In this document: positions 38,127-47,254 of the stretch, one piece after another
Layout of the letters: each line of letters starts with the position of its first letter
How positions within the stretch are numbered: the first letter of the stretch is position 1
Source of the DNA: Opitutia bacterium
Lineage (GTDB): Bacteria; Verrucomicrobiota; Verrucomicrobiia; Opitutales; Opitutaceae
Reading direction: 5' to 3'
DNA length: 64,000 nucleotides
Assembly: GCA_947478395.1 (NCBI GenBank)
Contig: CANJVR010000003.1
Location: 320,001-384,000, forward strand
The notes under the pieces: model-generated
What the model was told of the DNA's origin: nothing
Database searches by the model: none
The model's input: only the letters and a program-made list of their open reading frames with translations
Position numbers and translations under genes: made by a program

Positions 38127-39419
38127 ATGCGCGTAGTCCGCTTCGAACTTCTAACTCTCGGTGACGAATTACTGCTGGGGCTCACCGCCAACGGTCACCT
38201 TACGTTCATCGGTGCTCAACTTGGCCGTCGTGGCGTCATGCTGGCCCGCAACGTTACGATCACCGACGAAGCCGACGCCATCGCTGCGCAATTTAGCGAA
38301 AGCTGGGCGCGTTCGGACGTCGTGATCACGACTGGCGGACTCGGTCCGACCTGCGACGATCGCACCCGCGAGGCCGTCGCGGCGGTGCTCGGACAGAAAC
38401 TAGTGAGAAATGAAAGCACCGTGCAGCACATGTTGGAGCGTTTCGCGCGGCTGGGGCGCAAGATGACGGATAATAATTTGAAGCAGGCCGATTGTTTTGA
38501 GCGGGGCGAAGTCTTGCCCAATGCGAATGGCACGGCGCCGGGACTTTGGGTTGAGCAGGACGGAAAAATTTTGGTCATGTTGCCCGGTCCGCCGAACGAA
38601 CTACAGCCGATGTTCACGGATCAGGTCATCCCGCGTCTGGCCCAGCGTGGTCTGCTGACCGCGCGCGAAGCCTACGTGCAAGTGCGTACGTCGGGCGTGG
38701 GCGAGAGTGCGCTCGAGACGCGGCTGCAGCCGGTGTTCGATCGCTTTGGCGACGCGCTCAGCATCGCGTTTTGCGCGCACGCGGGGCACGTCGACTGCCG
38801 CGTGAGTTCACCGAGCGGCCGGTTAAGCGATGAAGCATTGCAGGGCATCGCGGCGGAATGCGCCGGAATGCTCGGGGAAGACTTCGTGTGCTACGGCCAC
38901 GATTCGCTTTCAAAAGTCTGTGCGGACTTGCTGCGCGGGCAGGAAAAAACGCTCGCATTGGCGGAGACGGCGACGGGCGGATTGCTGGCGAATGCGTTTA
39001 CGGATATTAGCGGTGCGTCGAAATTTTTTGCCGGCGGCTGTGTCTGTTATTCCAACGAGTCCAAGATGCAGTTGCTCGATGTGCCGGAGTGTTTGCTCGC
39101 GCAGCATGGCGCGGTGAGCGCGGAAAACGCCGTGGCGATGGCGACGGGTGCCGCGGAAAAGTTGGGGGCGGATTATGCCATGGCGATCACCGGCTTCGCG
39201 GGCCCCTGCGGGGGAACGAAGGAAAATCCCGTCGGCACCATTTACATCGCGCTCCATGCACCGCATGGGATGTGGTCGAAAAAACTTAATTACCCGGGCC
39301 CGCGCCAGACGGTGAAACAACGGGCGGTCAACGCGGCGCTCGATTGGTTGCGGCGTGAATTGGTGCGAGCGGCGAATGGCACGAGTCTTCCCGCAGGACG
39401 GCACGGGGTGATGCAGTGA
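38127..39419 (+). CDS. cinA: Competence/damage-inducible protein CinA (MoCF + PncC domains)
   Basis: GDELL.G, TGGLGPT.DD.T, N..GTAPG, LPGPP.E, GAS..F.GG..YSN, HGAVS, PVGT. Confidence 0.92.
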   Translation: MRVVRFELLTLGDELLLGLTANGHLTFIGAQLGRRGVMLARNVTITDEADAIAAQFSESWARSDVVITTGGLGPTCDDRTREAVAAVLGQKLVRNESTVQHMLERFARLGRKMTDNNLKQADCFERGEVLPNANGTAPGLWVEQDGKILVMLPGPPNELQPMFTDQVIPRLAQRGLLTAREAYVQVRTSGVGESALETRLQPVFDRFGDALSIAFCAHAGHVDCRVSSPSGRLSDEALQGIAAECAGMLGEDFVCYGHDSLSKVCADLLRGQEKTLALAETATGGLLANAFTDISGASKFFAGGCVCYSNESKMQLLDVPECLLAQHGAVSAENAVAMATGAAEKLGADYAMAITGFAGPCGGTKENPVGTIYIALHAPHGMWSKKLNYPGPRQTVKQRAVNAALDWLRRELVRAANGTSLPAGRHGVMQ

Positions 39420-39467
39420 GAGTTTTTTTGTAGTCAGGGTGAGCGCCCCCGCCCTCTAATTAGAAAC

Positions 39468-40379
39468 TCAGCCCAGCAAGTTTTTCAGCGCGGCCAGATA
39501 TTTTTCCTGAGTCCGGGCAATGACTTCGCCCGGCAAACGCGGCGCGGGCGGTTGCTGATCCCAACGCAGCGCCAGCAAATGATCGCGCACGAATTGTTTG
39601 TCGTAGCTCGGCGGTGAGCGGCCAGGCGCATAACTGTCGGCCGGCCAATAACGCGACGAATCAGGGGTGAGCACTTCGTCGATGAGGATGAGATTTCCTG
39701 CGGCGTCGGTGCCGAATTCGAATTTGGTGTCCGCGAGAATCATGCCGGCGGCGCGCGCGCGATCATGGCCGAATTGGTAAAGCGCGAGACTGGTGGCCTT
39801 CACTTTTTCATAGAGTGCGGCACCGATGGTGGCGGCGCCTTGGGCGTCGTCGATGGGCGTGTCGTGTTCGCCTTTGGGCGCCTTGGTCGTCGGCGTGAAA
39901 ATTGGCTGGGCGAGACGATCCGCCTGACGCAGTCCGGCAGGCAGCGCGGTACCGCAAACGCGGCCGGTTTTCTGATAGGAACTCCAGCCGCTGCCGATGA
40001 GGTAACCGCGGGCGACGCATTCGATCGGAAGCGGCTTTAGTTTCCGCACAATCATGCTGCGCAGTTGGAGATCGAGATCCGTAATACCGCGACGGGCGAA
40101 TTCTCCCGGCTGATCGGGCAAAAGGTGATTGGCGATCAGCCCGCAGGTTTGTTCGAACCACCATAGGCTCATTTGCGTGAGAATGATGCCTTTGCCGGGA
40201 ATCCCGTCGGGCAGGATCACGTCAAAGGCCGAGAGACGGTCCGTGGCCGTGAGCAGCAGGGCGTCGCCGAGATCAAAAATCTCCCTGACTTTCCCCGACG
40301 CGATCAGCGGAAACGGCAGGCCAGTGACCGTGGTGCGTGCGGTGGTGGGGAGCGCGGCGGCAATGGCGGCGAACGTCAT
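39468..40379 (-). CDS. purC: SAICAR synthase
   Basis: GKVRE, TDRLSAFD, ECVARGYL.GS, ADTKFEFG, DEVLTPDSSR, YDKQ. Confidence 0.97.
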   Translation of the reverse strand: MTFAAIAAALPTTARTTVTGLPFPLIASGKVREIFDLGDALLLTATDRLSAFDVILPDGIPGKGIILTQMSLWWFEQTCGLIANHLLPDQPGEFARRGITDLDLQLRSMIVRKLKPLPIECVARGYLIGSGWSSYQKTGRVCGTALPAGLRQADRLAQPIFTPTTKAPKGEHDTPIDDAQGAATIGAALYEKVKATSLALYQFGHDRARAAGMILADTKFEFGTDAAGNLILIDEVLTPDSSRYWPADSYAPGRSPPSYDKQFVRDHLLALRWDQQPPAPRLPGEVIARTQEKYLAALKNLLG

Positions 40380-40452
40380 ACGGGAGAATTCAAGGGAGTG
40401 CCGTCATGAGTCAGCAGAAAATAGCGGTCAGGGCCGGGTGAAATAAAAGTCC

Positions 40453-40480
40453 TTGCGCGAGGCAGGTCGCGCCGTACCGT
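40453..40480 (+). promoter_or_regulatory. Putative sigma70 promoter of tRNA-Glu
   Basis: TTGCGC-N16-TACCGT preceded by an A-rich tract and followed by a GC-rich discriminator. Confidence 0.4.
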
Positions 40481-40496
40481 CGGCCGTTCCAAGTTA

Positions 40497-40573
40497 GTCC
40501 CCATCGTCTAGCCTGGTTAGGACACTACCCTTTCACGGTAAGAACCGGGGTTCGAATCCCCGTGGGGACGCCA
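40497..40573 (+). tRNA. tRNA-Glu (TTC)
   Basis: Cloverleaf: GTCCCCA/TGGGGAC acceptor stem, CT-TTC-AC anticodon loop, GGTTCGAATCC T-arm, encoded CCA. Confidence 0.96.
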
Positions 40574-40578
40574 ATTTT

Positions 40579-40612
40579 AAAAAGCCCGCCGCTCGAATGA
40601 GTTGCGGGCTTT
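40579..40612. terminator. Bidirectional terminator after tRNA-Glu
   Basis: aaagcccgc...gcgggcttt hairpin with A/T flanks. Confidence 0.75.
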
Positions 40613-40650
40613 GTGCTTTCAGGGCGGGCAGCAGTGGCGTTCCCGGCGGT

Positions 40651-41325
40651 TTATTTTTTTCGCCGAAGCGGCTGGCTTTCCCGGGGGCGGACGGCGAGGT
40701 CTGCGACCATCGTGTTGAGCTCGGCGAGACCGAACCCGATCTTTTTGAAAAACGAGTCGTCGTGCCGTACCACGACGAACCGCGAATGGTGCGTCCATAG
40801 TTTGCGGAGCCGGGCATCGAGCTTCGCGGCCTGCTTGATCGATTCATTGCGCACGGGATTGCCGCCCTCCACCTGCAGGCCGCCTATGGCGGCGCTCTCA
40901 AAAAAAATCACGCCGTCATAACGCGCGAGTTCGTGCTCGAGGGTGGTGCCGAGCGCGTCGAAAAAATCGCCCGGTGCTCCAGGCCAATAGGCCGCGCCAT
41001 CTACCGTGCCGCGGTCGCAGAGCAGGATGCGGTCGGGGTAGCGCGCGGATTGCACGTCCTCGAGATTGCGTTGTACGTGGAAGATGGCGCGCTGCGCGGC
41101 GAGGAGGCCGGCGCGCTGGGTGTAGCGGGGAAAACCGCCGGAAAAAATTAACGTGGCCGCTTCTGGCACGACGACGACCCGCTCGCCGATTTCCCGGCGA
41201 AATAGGTCCGCCGCCGTGGTCTTTCCGCCGCCGGGCCCGCCGGTCAGCACGATGCGGCAGCGGCGGTCTCCGTTTTCGTCCTGCGATCGGTGGACGAGTT
41301 TGGGTTTAGGTCGCGCCATGGTCAT
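40651..41325 (-). CDS. P-loop NTPase (AAA_28 / NadR-kinase-like)
   Basis: IVLTGGPGGGKTT, VPEAAT, LCDRG..D. Confidence 0.85.
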   Translation of the reverse strand: MTMARPKPKLVHRSQDENGDRRCRIVLTGGPGGGKTTAADLFRREIGERVVVVPEAATLIFSGGFPRYTQRAGLLAAQRAIFHVQRNLEDVQSARYPDRILLCDRGTVDGAAYWPGAPGDFFDALGTTLEHELARYDGVIFFESAAIGGLQVEGGNPVRNESIKQAAKLDARLRKLWTHHSRFVVVRHDDSFFKKIGFGLAELNTMVADLAVRPRESQPLRRKK

Positions 41326-41417
41326 GGTGGGGCGGATTTTTTCGGGATCGATAAGTGGAAGCGCGGTTGAAATTTCGTTCGTCTGGCTGCGCCCACGCGG
41401 CCTTTTGCGCGGTCTGG

Positions 41418-41720
41418 TCAGCGGCGGGCCCGGCGAAAAGCCGACACTGCGCCGAAGGCTCCGGGCAACCAGCGCAGCACCGTGCCGAGCAATTTGAAGC
41501 GAGGAAACGCCACCCGCACGGCGACCCCGGCCAGGGGACCCGCCGCGAACGTGGCGAAGGGTGCGAGCTGGCGCCAGAGACTGTAAGCGCGATCGATCCA
41601 CGCCAGCGGTTTACTCACCGCCGCTGCGACCTCAAGGTAGTGCACGCGGCGGTGGGCCATCGACTGACGCACCACGGCCTTGCGGCGGGCCAGCTGGTTT
41701 AATTCTCCTTGGGGATACAT
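41418..41720 (-). CDS. YqjK-like small protein
   Basis: L..RK.....I...R pattern; third gene of the elaB-yqjE-yqjK triad. Confidence 0.6.
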   Translation of the reverse strand: MYPQGELNQLARRKAVVRQSMAHRRVHYLEVAAAVSKPLAWIDRAYSLWRQLAPFATFAAGPLAGVAVRVAFPRFKLLGTVLRWLPGAFGAVSAFRRARR

Positions 41721-42091
41721 GCGCGGTCTTCCTTGAGCTCATCGATGGTCGCAGCGAACGGCCGCGGCTGGCGCGCGAGGTAGCGCTGGAACGCGATGAC
41801 AATCGCCACCGCCGCACCTGAGTAGAGCAACGTCAGCCCACCCAGAACGGTGAGTCGCGCGCTTTCCCAGAAAAAATAAACCAGCGTGAGGCTCGCGAAG
41901 GTGAGGGCCATCGCGCCCGCAAACATCGCTGCACTGATCCAGATGAACGATTGGAGCAGGCGGAATTTCTCCTCCTGCAGCTCGAGCGAAACAAGTTCGA
42001 CCCGATCCTGCAGGCTGCCGAGGAGCGCGTCGCCGAGCTCGCGGAACGAGTCCAAGATGCCCGGCGGGCGATCGCGAGGGGACATGGTCAT
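41699..42091 (-). CDS. YqjE-like membrane protein (phage-holin superfamily III)
   Basis: R.EL...EL.EEK.R, two TM helices, F..T..EL..DR. Confidence 0.85.
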   Translation of the reverse strand: MTMSPRDRPPGILDSFRELGDALLGSLQDRVELVSLELQEEKFRLLQSFIWISAAMFAGAMALTFASLTLVYFFWESARLTVLGGLTLLYSGAAVAIVIAFQRYLARQPRPFAATIDELKEDRACIPKEN

Positions 42092-42096
42092 CGCCC

Positions 42097-42414
42097 TTAC
42101 TTTGAGCGCCGGCTGACGAGCAGGCCAATCACGACGCCGACGCCCGCGGCGATGGCGAGCGACTGGTACGGGTTTTCGCGGATCGCCTCGTCGGCGGAAC
42201 GGACGCCCGCCGCCACTTTTTTCTTCGTGCCGTCGTAGAGGTCCGACAGGCGTTCCTGGGCCGCGGTGAATCGCGCCCGCATGGCTTCCATGGCTTCGTG
42301 GGAGTGTTCGGAGACGGAGGTCTCCATCATTTTTTCCGCCTCCACCACGAGGTGACGGAGATCGTTGAGGAGTTCTTCGGGCGTTTCAGCTGGAATGTGA
42401 GTGCGATTTTTCAT
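42097..42414 (-). CDS. ElaB/YqjD (DUF883) family protein
   Basis: DL..LV..AE; C-terminal D..IRENPYQSLAIAAGVG..IGLL.SRR. Confidence 0.92.
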   Translation of the reverse strand: MKNRTHIPAETPEELLNDLRHLVVEAEKMMETSVSEHSHEAMEAMRARFTAAQERLSDLYDGTKKKVAAGVRSADEAIRENPYQSLAIAAGVGVVIGLLVSRRSK

Positions 42415-42483
42415 GGTGATTAATGGTTGCGGGGTTTTTTCGGGGAAATTTTTAGGCAGGGTAGCGGTCGGCGCAGGCTTGGG

Positions 42484-42768
42484 TTAGGCGGCGAAGCCGA
42501 ACCGGTCTTTCACGGCCACCACGTCGATCGAGAGGCATTCGCGCAGCATCGCGGCGGCGATGCGGTCGATCGCGACCTTGAGCATGCGGTCAAAGGCGTG
42601 GCCCGTCAGCGGCGCGCCGTGATGGCGGATGGCCTTGATGCGGGCCCCGGCGGCCAGCAGATGCATGAGGAATTCCTCCGCTTCCACGGGGTCGTCGGTA
42701 AAATGGGTAAACACGCGGGTGCTGTGCTGAGGGCGTACAATGTAATCGATGGCGAATTGGGTGAGCAT
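42484..42768 (-). CDS. Hypothetical protein
   Basis: 94-aa ORF with normal composition inside a co-oriented cluster. Confidence 0.7.
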   Translation of the reverse strand: MLTQFAIDYIVRPQHSTRVFTHFTDDPVEAEEFLMHLLAAGARIKAIRHHGAPLTGHAFDRMLKVAIDRIAAAMLRECLSIDVVAVKDRFGFAA

Positions 42769-42816
42769 GATTTTGGGGGATTTAAGGAAAGGCTGTAGTG
42801 GGTGGAGCGGGAGCGG

Positions 42817-43539
42817 TTACGCGACGGTGGTTTGGTTCGGGGAGAGGCGGGCATGAAACTCGCGGGCTCTTTCGAGCAACTGGGCGTCGGTCAGATGATG
42901 TTCATCGACCACGAGAGTACCCACGATGCGGCGGGCGATTTCCGGACGATGAGATTTAACCCACGCGACAAACTGTTCCATCTCGCTGCCCTGGCCTTTG
43001 CCGCTGCCGAAAATCACGATCTCTCCGTCTTTCTTCAGCGACGCGGGCGTGGAGATGAGCGCGTTTACAACCGCACCGAAGAAACTGTTCGCATCCGGTT
43101 TCTCCATGCCCCGCGAAAAATCCTTGGAGTTGTGGGCATGGCGGAAGAATTCGTGCGGGCCTTGGGACAGGATCTGCTGGGCCGCCTTGGGTGGCATCTC
43201 GGAGTGAAAAATCCGGGCCTGATGGTGGTTGATGACTACAAGCCAGTGAGATTTCCCGACAATGGTTGCTGGCAGCGGCGTTTCCGATTGCTCAAGAAAC
43301 TTTCGCAGCTCGGTGAGTTCGAAAAGGTCGGTGACCTCCTTGGTGCGGGGGACATGGAGCGTGAGGGTGCGACCGTTGCGAGTGGCTTTGAGGTTACCGT
43401 TGGCCTCCTCGGTGACTGCGCCCAGCTGACGCAGCAGGATATAGACGTCATGCCAGACGAGATTGTGCGGCGCGGGATGGTGAAATATCGATTCGTAGGT
43501 CTGGAGTTGTGAGCCCGTGAGCGAGGAGGATGAGGTCAT
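42817..43539 (-). CDS. Fusion of HicA-like domain and eRF1-domain-2/host-attachment-like domain
   Basis: N-term IFHHP..NL.W.D...LL..LG...H.P..K...LRKFL; C-term HWLVVINHHQARIF...EIVIFGSG.G...IVG...D..LTD.QLL..AR.F. Confidence 0.7.
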   Translation of the reverse strand: MTSSSSLTGSQLQTYESIFHHPAPHNLVWHDVYILLRQLGAVTEEANGNLKATRNGRTLTLHVPRTKEVTDLFELTELRKFLEQSETPLPATIVGKSHWLVVINHHQARIFHSEMPPKAAQQILSQGPHEFFRHAHNSKDFSRGMEKPDANSFFGAVVNALISTPASLKKDGEIVIFGSGKGQGSEMEQFVAWVKSHRPEIARRIVGTLVVDEHHLTDAQLLERAREFHARLSPNQTTVA

Positions 43540-43681
43540 GTTGAAGTGGGTGGCGGGATGGAATGCGGTGGTCGTGTTCTGAAAAAGAATGGGCAAACGG
43601 AAGGCGCGGCGCGGGGCGGATCTGGCGCTTTGGTTTGCATCGCTGGCTCGGGGTGCAGCCCTCGTGGAAAAACGGAACCGG

Positions 43682-44416
43682 TCAGGCGGCGAGGTGGCCA
43701 TTTGCGTGGGCGGTTTCAAACCAAGCGGAAGGGGGTGAACCGGGCGCGAACTCCGGGCACGTCTCGGCGAGCAGTTTGCGAAGATTTTCGCGTGCGCGGG
43801 CGATGCGGCTCTTGACCGTCCCGACCTTGATGTGAAGCGCCTGCGCGATCGCCTCGTAGGAGTAGTGATGGATGTTGTGCAGCGTCAGAATCTCGCGCCG
43901 CTCGGCGGAGAGTCGCTCCATGCAGGTGGCGATGAGCGCGGAAAATTCCCCGTTAACGGCTTCGCGTGTGGGATCGGGCGCCTCTGAGGCGATGAGTTCG
44001 GTGAAGGTGGCGCCGGCGTGGGCTGTGAGCGGGTAGTCGAGCGAAAGCGTGGCGTGGCGGTGGCGCCGGACGTAATACCAGTAGCGGTTGCGCGCGAGAT
44101 TCGTCGCGATGTGGTGCAACCACGTGGCGAGCGAGCAGTCGCCGCGGAAACGGCCGAGACCGCGATGCGCCCGGAGGAATGTGTCCTGCGTGATTTCCTC
44201 GGCGTCGGCCCGGTCGTGGAGCATGCCGAGGACCTTCGCGAAAGTTTTCCGCTCGTGGCGGTGCATGATCTCGATGAAAGACGTCTCGTCGCCGCCGTTG
44301 AAACGGCGCACAAGCCCGGCATCGATGGCGGCTTCGCATTTAGCGGCGGCGTGTGGGCCGGCCTGATCGGCCGTGAACGAGTGCGGGGAGGCGGGGGTGG
44401 GGTGAACGGTGGACAT
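43682..44416 (-). CDS. ECF RNA polymerase sigma factor
   Basis: DAEEITQDTF, FRGD.S..TWL..IA.N, YE.IA..L....GTVKSRI.RAR. Confidence 0.92.
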   Translation of the reverse strand: MSTVHPTPASPHSFTADQAGPHAAAKCEAAIDAGLVRRFNGGDETSFIEIMHRHERKTFAKVLGMLHDRADAEEITQDTFLRAHRGLGRFRGDCSLATWLHHIATNLARNRYWYYVRRHRHATLSLDYPLTAHAGATFTELIASEAPDPTREAVNGEFSALIATCMERLSAERREILTLHNIHHYSYEAIAQALHIKVGTVKSRIARARENLRKLLAETCPEFAPGSPPSAWFETAHANGHLAA

Positions 44417-44451
44417 GGCGGAAGGCTGGTTTCCAGAAGTGCGGTGGTGTT

Positions 44452-45420
44452 TCAGGCCGCGCTGGCGAAGGAGAAGGAACTGCTGATGGACCGTGCGGAC
44501 TGGTGCAGCCGGTCGTGATAGCGCGAAGGCGATTCGCCGGCGATGCGGTGGAACACCCGGTTGAATTGCGAAAGCGACTGGAAGCCGGCCGCGAAGGCGG
44601 CCTCGCTCATGCGGGCGTGGGGATTGAGCAGCATATGCTTCACGGTCTCGACGCGTAGCCGCGCCAAGTACTCCGTAAACGTAAGGCCCGTCACCTTTTT
44701 GAAGACCTTGCAGAAATAAAACGCACTCATGTTGGCTACGCGGGCAACATCCGCGAGGGCCAGATCCTCGCTCTGTTGCGCCGCGATGAACGCGCGCGCC
44801 CGGGCGATGGCGGGCAATTCGGACTGTGCTTCGCTGACCATCACCTGATTGCTCAGCGAACCGAGGTGCTGGGCAAAAATTCCCAAGAGTCGAACGACGG
44901 AGTCGTAGTGTTTTTTCGCCACGACCCGAGTTTTGAAAAAAGCTGTTTCGAGCTCGTGACGGTCGACGCTCGATCCCCACTGGGTCAGTTGATTGGCGAT
45001 ACGGTTAAAATGGGTCCGTGAAGTTTTTTTCATGAATACCTGGCCCGTCTGCAAATAGCCGAGAACCTCGTTTCCGGCCCGCACCGGAATCGCGGATTCA
45101 GTCAGGCCGGCGAAGCACACCAGCGTTTTCGCCTCGGCGGCGGCTTCCGTTTCCACGCGCTGCTGGAGTTGCAGGCAGGCCGCGCACGATTTGTTGCTCG
45201 AGGCCAGCAGCGCGCAAAAGGCGTTGGCGTGCTTGGAGCCGTAAAGCGGGGATTGAAATGATCCTCGCTGCCGGAGCACCAGCGGCAGGCCCGTGGTAGC
45301 TTCGAAGGCCTTCTGGTATTCGCGAAAAATTTCGGAGCGCTGCAAATGCGGAATGGCACTGCGCTCGGCGGGGTTGCGGTCGTCCGCCGGCGTCGCGGAA
45401 ATCAGAGATGTGGTTCGCAT
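44452..45420 (-). CDS. AraC-family regulator with N-terminal PocR ligand-binding domain
   Basis: F..ATGL, N.FC..C..C, CFAGL....P...G.L..GQV; C-terminal AraC HTH (FKK.TG..F.EY, GFQSLSQFNR.F). Confidence 0.9.
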   Translation of the reverse strand: MRTTSLISATPADDRNPAERSAIPHLQRSEIFREYQKAFEATTGLPLVLRQRGSFQSPLYGSKHANAFCALLASSNKSCAACLQLQQRVETEAAAEAKTLVCFAGLTESAIPVRAGNEVLGYLQTGQVFMKKTSRTHFNRIANQLTQWGSSVDRHELETAFFKTRVVAKKHYDSVVRLLGIFAQHLGSLSNQVMVSEAQSELPAIARARAFIAAQQSEDLALADVARVANMSAFYFCKVFKKVTGLTFTEYLARLRVETVKHMLLNPHARMSEAAFAAGFQSLSQFNRVFHRIAGESPSRYHDRLHQSARSISSSFSFASAA

Positions 45421-45479
45421 CGCCGACATCTTACGGTAACGGAGCGCCGCGGGAAATTGGAGGTGCGACCTTATCTTTA

Positions 45480-45494
45480 TAAGGAAAATTCTTA
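45480..45494. promoter_or_regulatory. Putative NarL/RcsB-type operator
   Basis: TAAGGAAAATTCTTA imperfect palindrome about 60 bp upstream of the PocR-AraC gene; related TAAGGGAATTGCCTA at 47405-47419. Confidence 0.45.
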
Positions 45495-45942
45495 GGCCCA
45501 CCGCGTAAAAACCCAGACATGCGCGGGAGCAAGGTCCGTCCGGTCTTTCGCAAACGATGTGAAACGGAAGAACGGAAACGGCCTTATGCGATCCCCGATG
45601 CGATCTCCTTGGACCAATATGACGACCGCGAGCTACCATTTGGGGAAAGTACCCCAGGTTCGCGTTGAGGACTTCCATGCGCTTTGGCGTTTGCGCCCTG
45701 GTGCAAGGACACGGAGCAAAGTCCGTTCAAGAATTTTTCCTGGTGGTTTTGCCGCCGAGCCGTAGCGCCCTTTTCTGGGCGTGGACTCTGGCCGCGGAAC
45801 GCCCGGGTCTGAAGGCCCCCTCGAAAGATTTAGAGCGGAAAAAACGTCCAAGGAGGGATTTTCCGGGTCCACGCGGCTCGACGTTCGACGCCGCGCAAAA
45901 GTGTGACATGCTCGCGAGCGGTGCGGCCCGCGGTCGCCGCCT

Positions 45943-46560
45943 TCAATCTTCGATTCGCGCAGGTTCCGGAGCTTCGATGTCCTGATATGCCCGGCGGATT
46001 TCTTCGAGGTGACTGCGATATTTTTCGGCGTCGCCGAAATCGATAAAATTTTTGTAACGACTGTGCGCACATTTCACGCAACCCGCGTGTTTAATGGGGC
46101 ACCAGTGTTGCTCGGTTCGCGCGGCGATCTCGGTGAAGTACGCGAGGATGCCGTTGGCGTAGGCACAGTACTCGCAGTTAAGTTTTTCGAAGAAGTTCAG
46201 ATAGTTCAGGCGATGGCGGTCGAACGCGATGTAGTCGCGCCGGCTGACTTTGGGTATGCCATAGATCGGAAAGCAGATCGCTTGATAGAGGGAGCCGATG
46301 ACGTCCGTGAGAACAATGGGGAGCAGGCAGGCCCAAATGACCGGTGCGGTGAGGAGAACGAGAAAACGGGAGTTCAGTAAATAGCGGTGGAAGCTGAGGC
46401 GGAGCGCCCGATGCTTGGTTTTCGCCACCGTAGTAAACTGCACCTTCTTCTCGTGAATTTTGTAGCAGAACTCGGTTTCTTTCTTCCGAGTTTCGCGAAT
46501 GAGTTCCTGTTCCAGCAGCCGGATCTGACCGAGCAGCGCTTCGAGTCTGTCATTTCTCAT
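45943..46560 (-). CDS. Cys/His-rich hypothetical membrane protein
   Basis: Hydrophobic segment followed by YQAICFP, NCEYCAY, RTEQHWCPIKHA. Confidence 0.8.
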   Translation of the reverse strand: MRNDRLEALLGQIRLLEQELIRETRKKETEFCYKIHEKKVQFTTVAKTKHRALRLSFHRYLLNSRFLVLLTAPVIWACLLPIVLTDVIGSLYQAICFPIYGIPKVSRRDYIAFDRHRLNYLNFFEKLNCEYCAYANGILAYFTEIAARTEQHWCPIKHAGCVKCAHSRYKNFIDFGDAEKYRSHLEEIRRAYQDIEAPEPARIED

Positions 46561-46771
46561 GGGATAAGCGGGTGGGCGTTTTTTTGATGCGGTTGGGGCC
46601 GATGCGACGATGCCGGAGTAAATGCGGGGCCCGGCATCCGAACGCAGAAGGGAAAAGCGATCGGGTGAAGTGCGGGCTGTGTCCCGGAGGAAGAGAACGC
46701 GGTTCACGGGATTGAGATGGTCGTCGCGGTCAGTCGGGCTGGACGATGCTGGGGCGGATAGCAGGGCGGGA

Positions 46772-47254
46772 TTATGCGCTGCGCAGGGTAGCTTCATTCA
46801 CGCCGGGAGCGAAGAACGCGCAGCCTGCTTCCTTGGCTAGGCGTTGCACGGTCTGTAGGCGCGGCGAATCCACGCGATCAGGCAAATCGGCGCGGCCAAA
46901 GAACGCGGCCACGGCGGTTGTGGCGTTGTGCCGCCCGGTCAGGCACTTTCCCAGCCAGCTTTCGACGGACAAAGGCAGCAGCCGGAGTACGCTGGACGTG
47001 GCGATGACGATCAAGTCGGCTTCGACCGCGGCAGCCATCGCGTGCGCCCGATACTCCGGATCCTCCAGCGTCGAAAAACTCCACGGCGACAAGTGCGGTT
47101 CCGGGCCGTCCGGAATCCGGCGGAGCAGCGCGGTAATAGTTTCCGCCGCCCACATCGCCGCGGCGATGTTTTCGTAGGCGAGGATAACGGTCATTTCGGC
47201 GGGCGTGCTGGCATCGGCGCAATCGAGTGCGGTCAAGGTGGCGGGGGTGTGCAT
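46772..47254 (-). CDS. Hypothetical alpha/beta protein
   Basis: VILAYE, W.F..L, EADLIVIA, LP..V..W pattern; divergent from the kinase operon. Confidence 0.65.
   Translation of the reverse strand: MHTPATLTALDCADASTPAEMTVILAYENIAAAMWAAETITALLRRIPDGPEPHLSPWSFSTLEDPEYRAHAMAAAVEADLIVIATSSVLRLLPLSVESWLGKCLTGRHNATTAVAAFFGRADLPDRVDSPRLQTVQRLAKEAGCAFFAPGVNEATLRSA

Noticed and set aside
40524..40540. C-A mismatch at the top of the tRNA anticodon stem as a pseudogene sign
   Set aside because: Single 27-43 mismatches are tolerated and all other arms and the CCA are intact
43540..43681. Fourth copy of the 41-bp motif upstream of the HicA fusion
   Set aside because: GCCA/GCAA words are present but their spacing does not fit CAA-N5-GC without gaps
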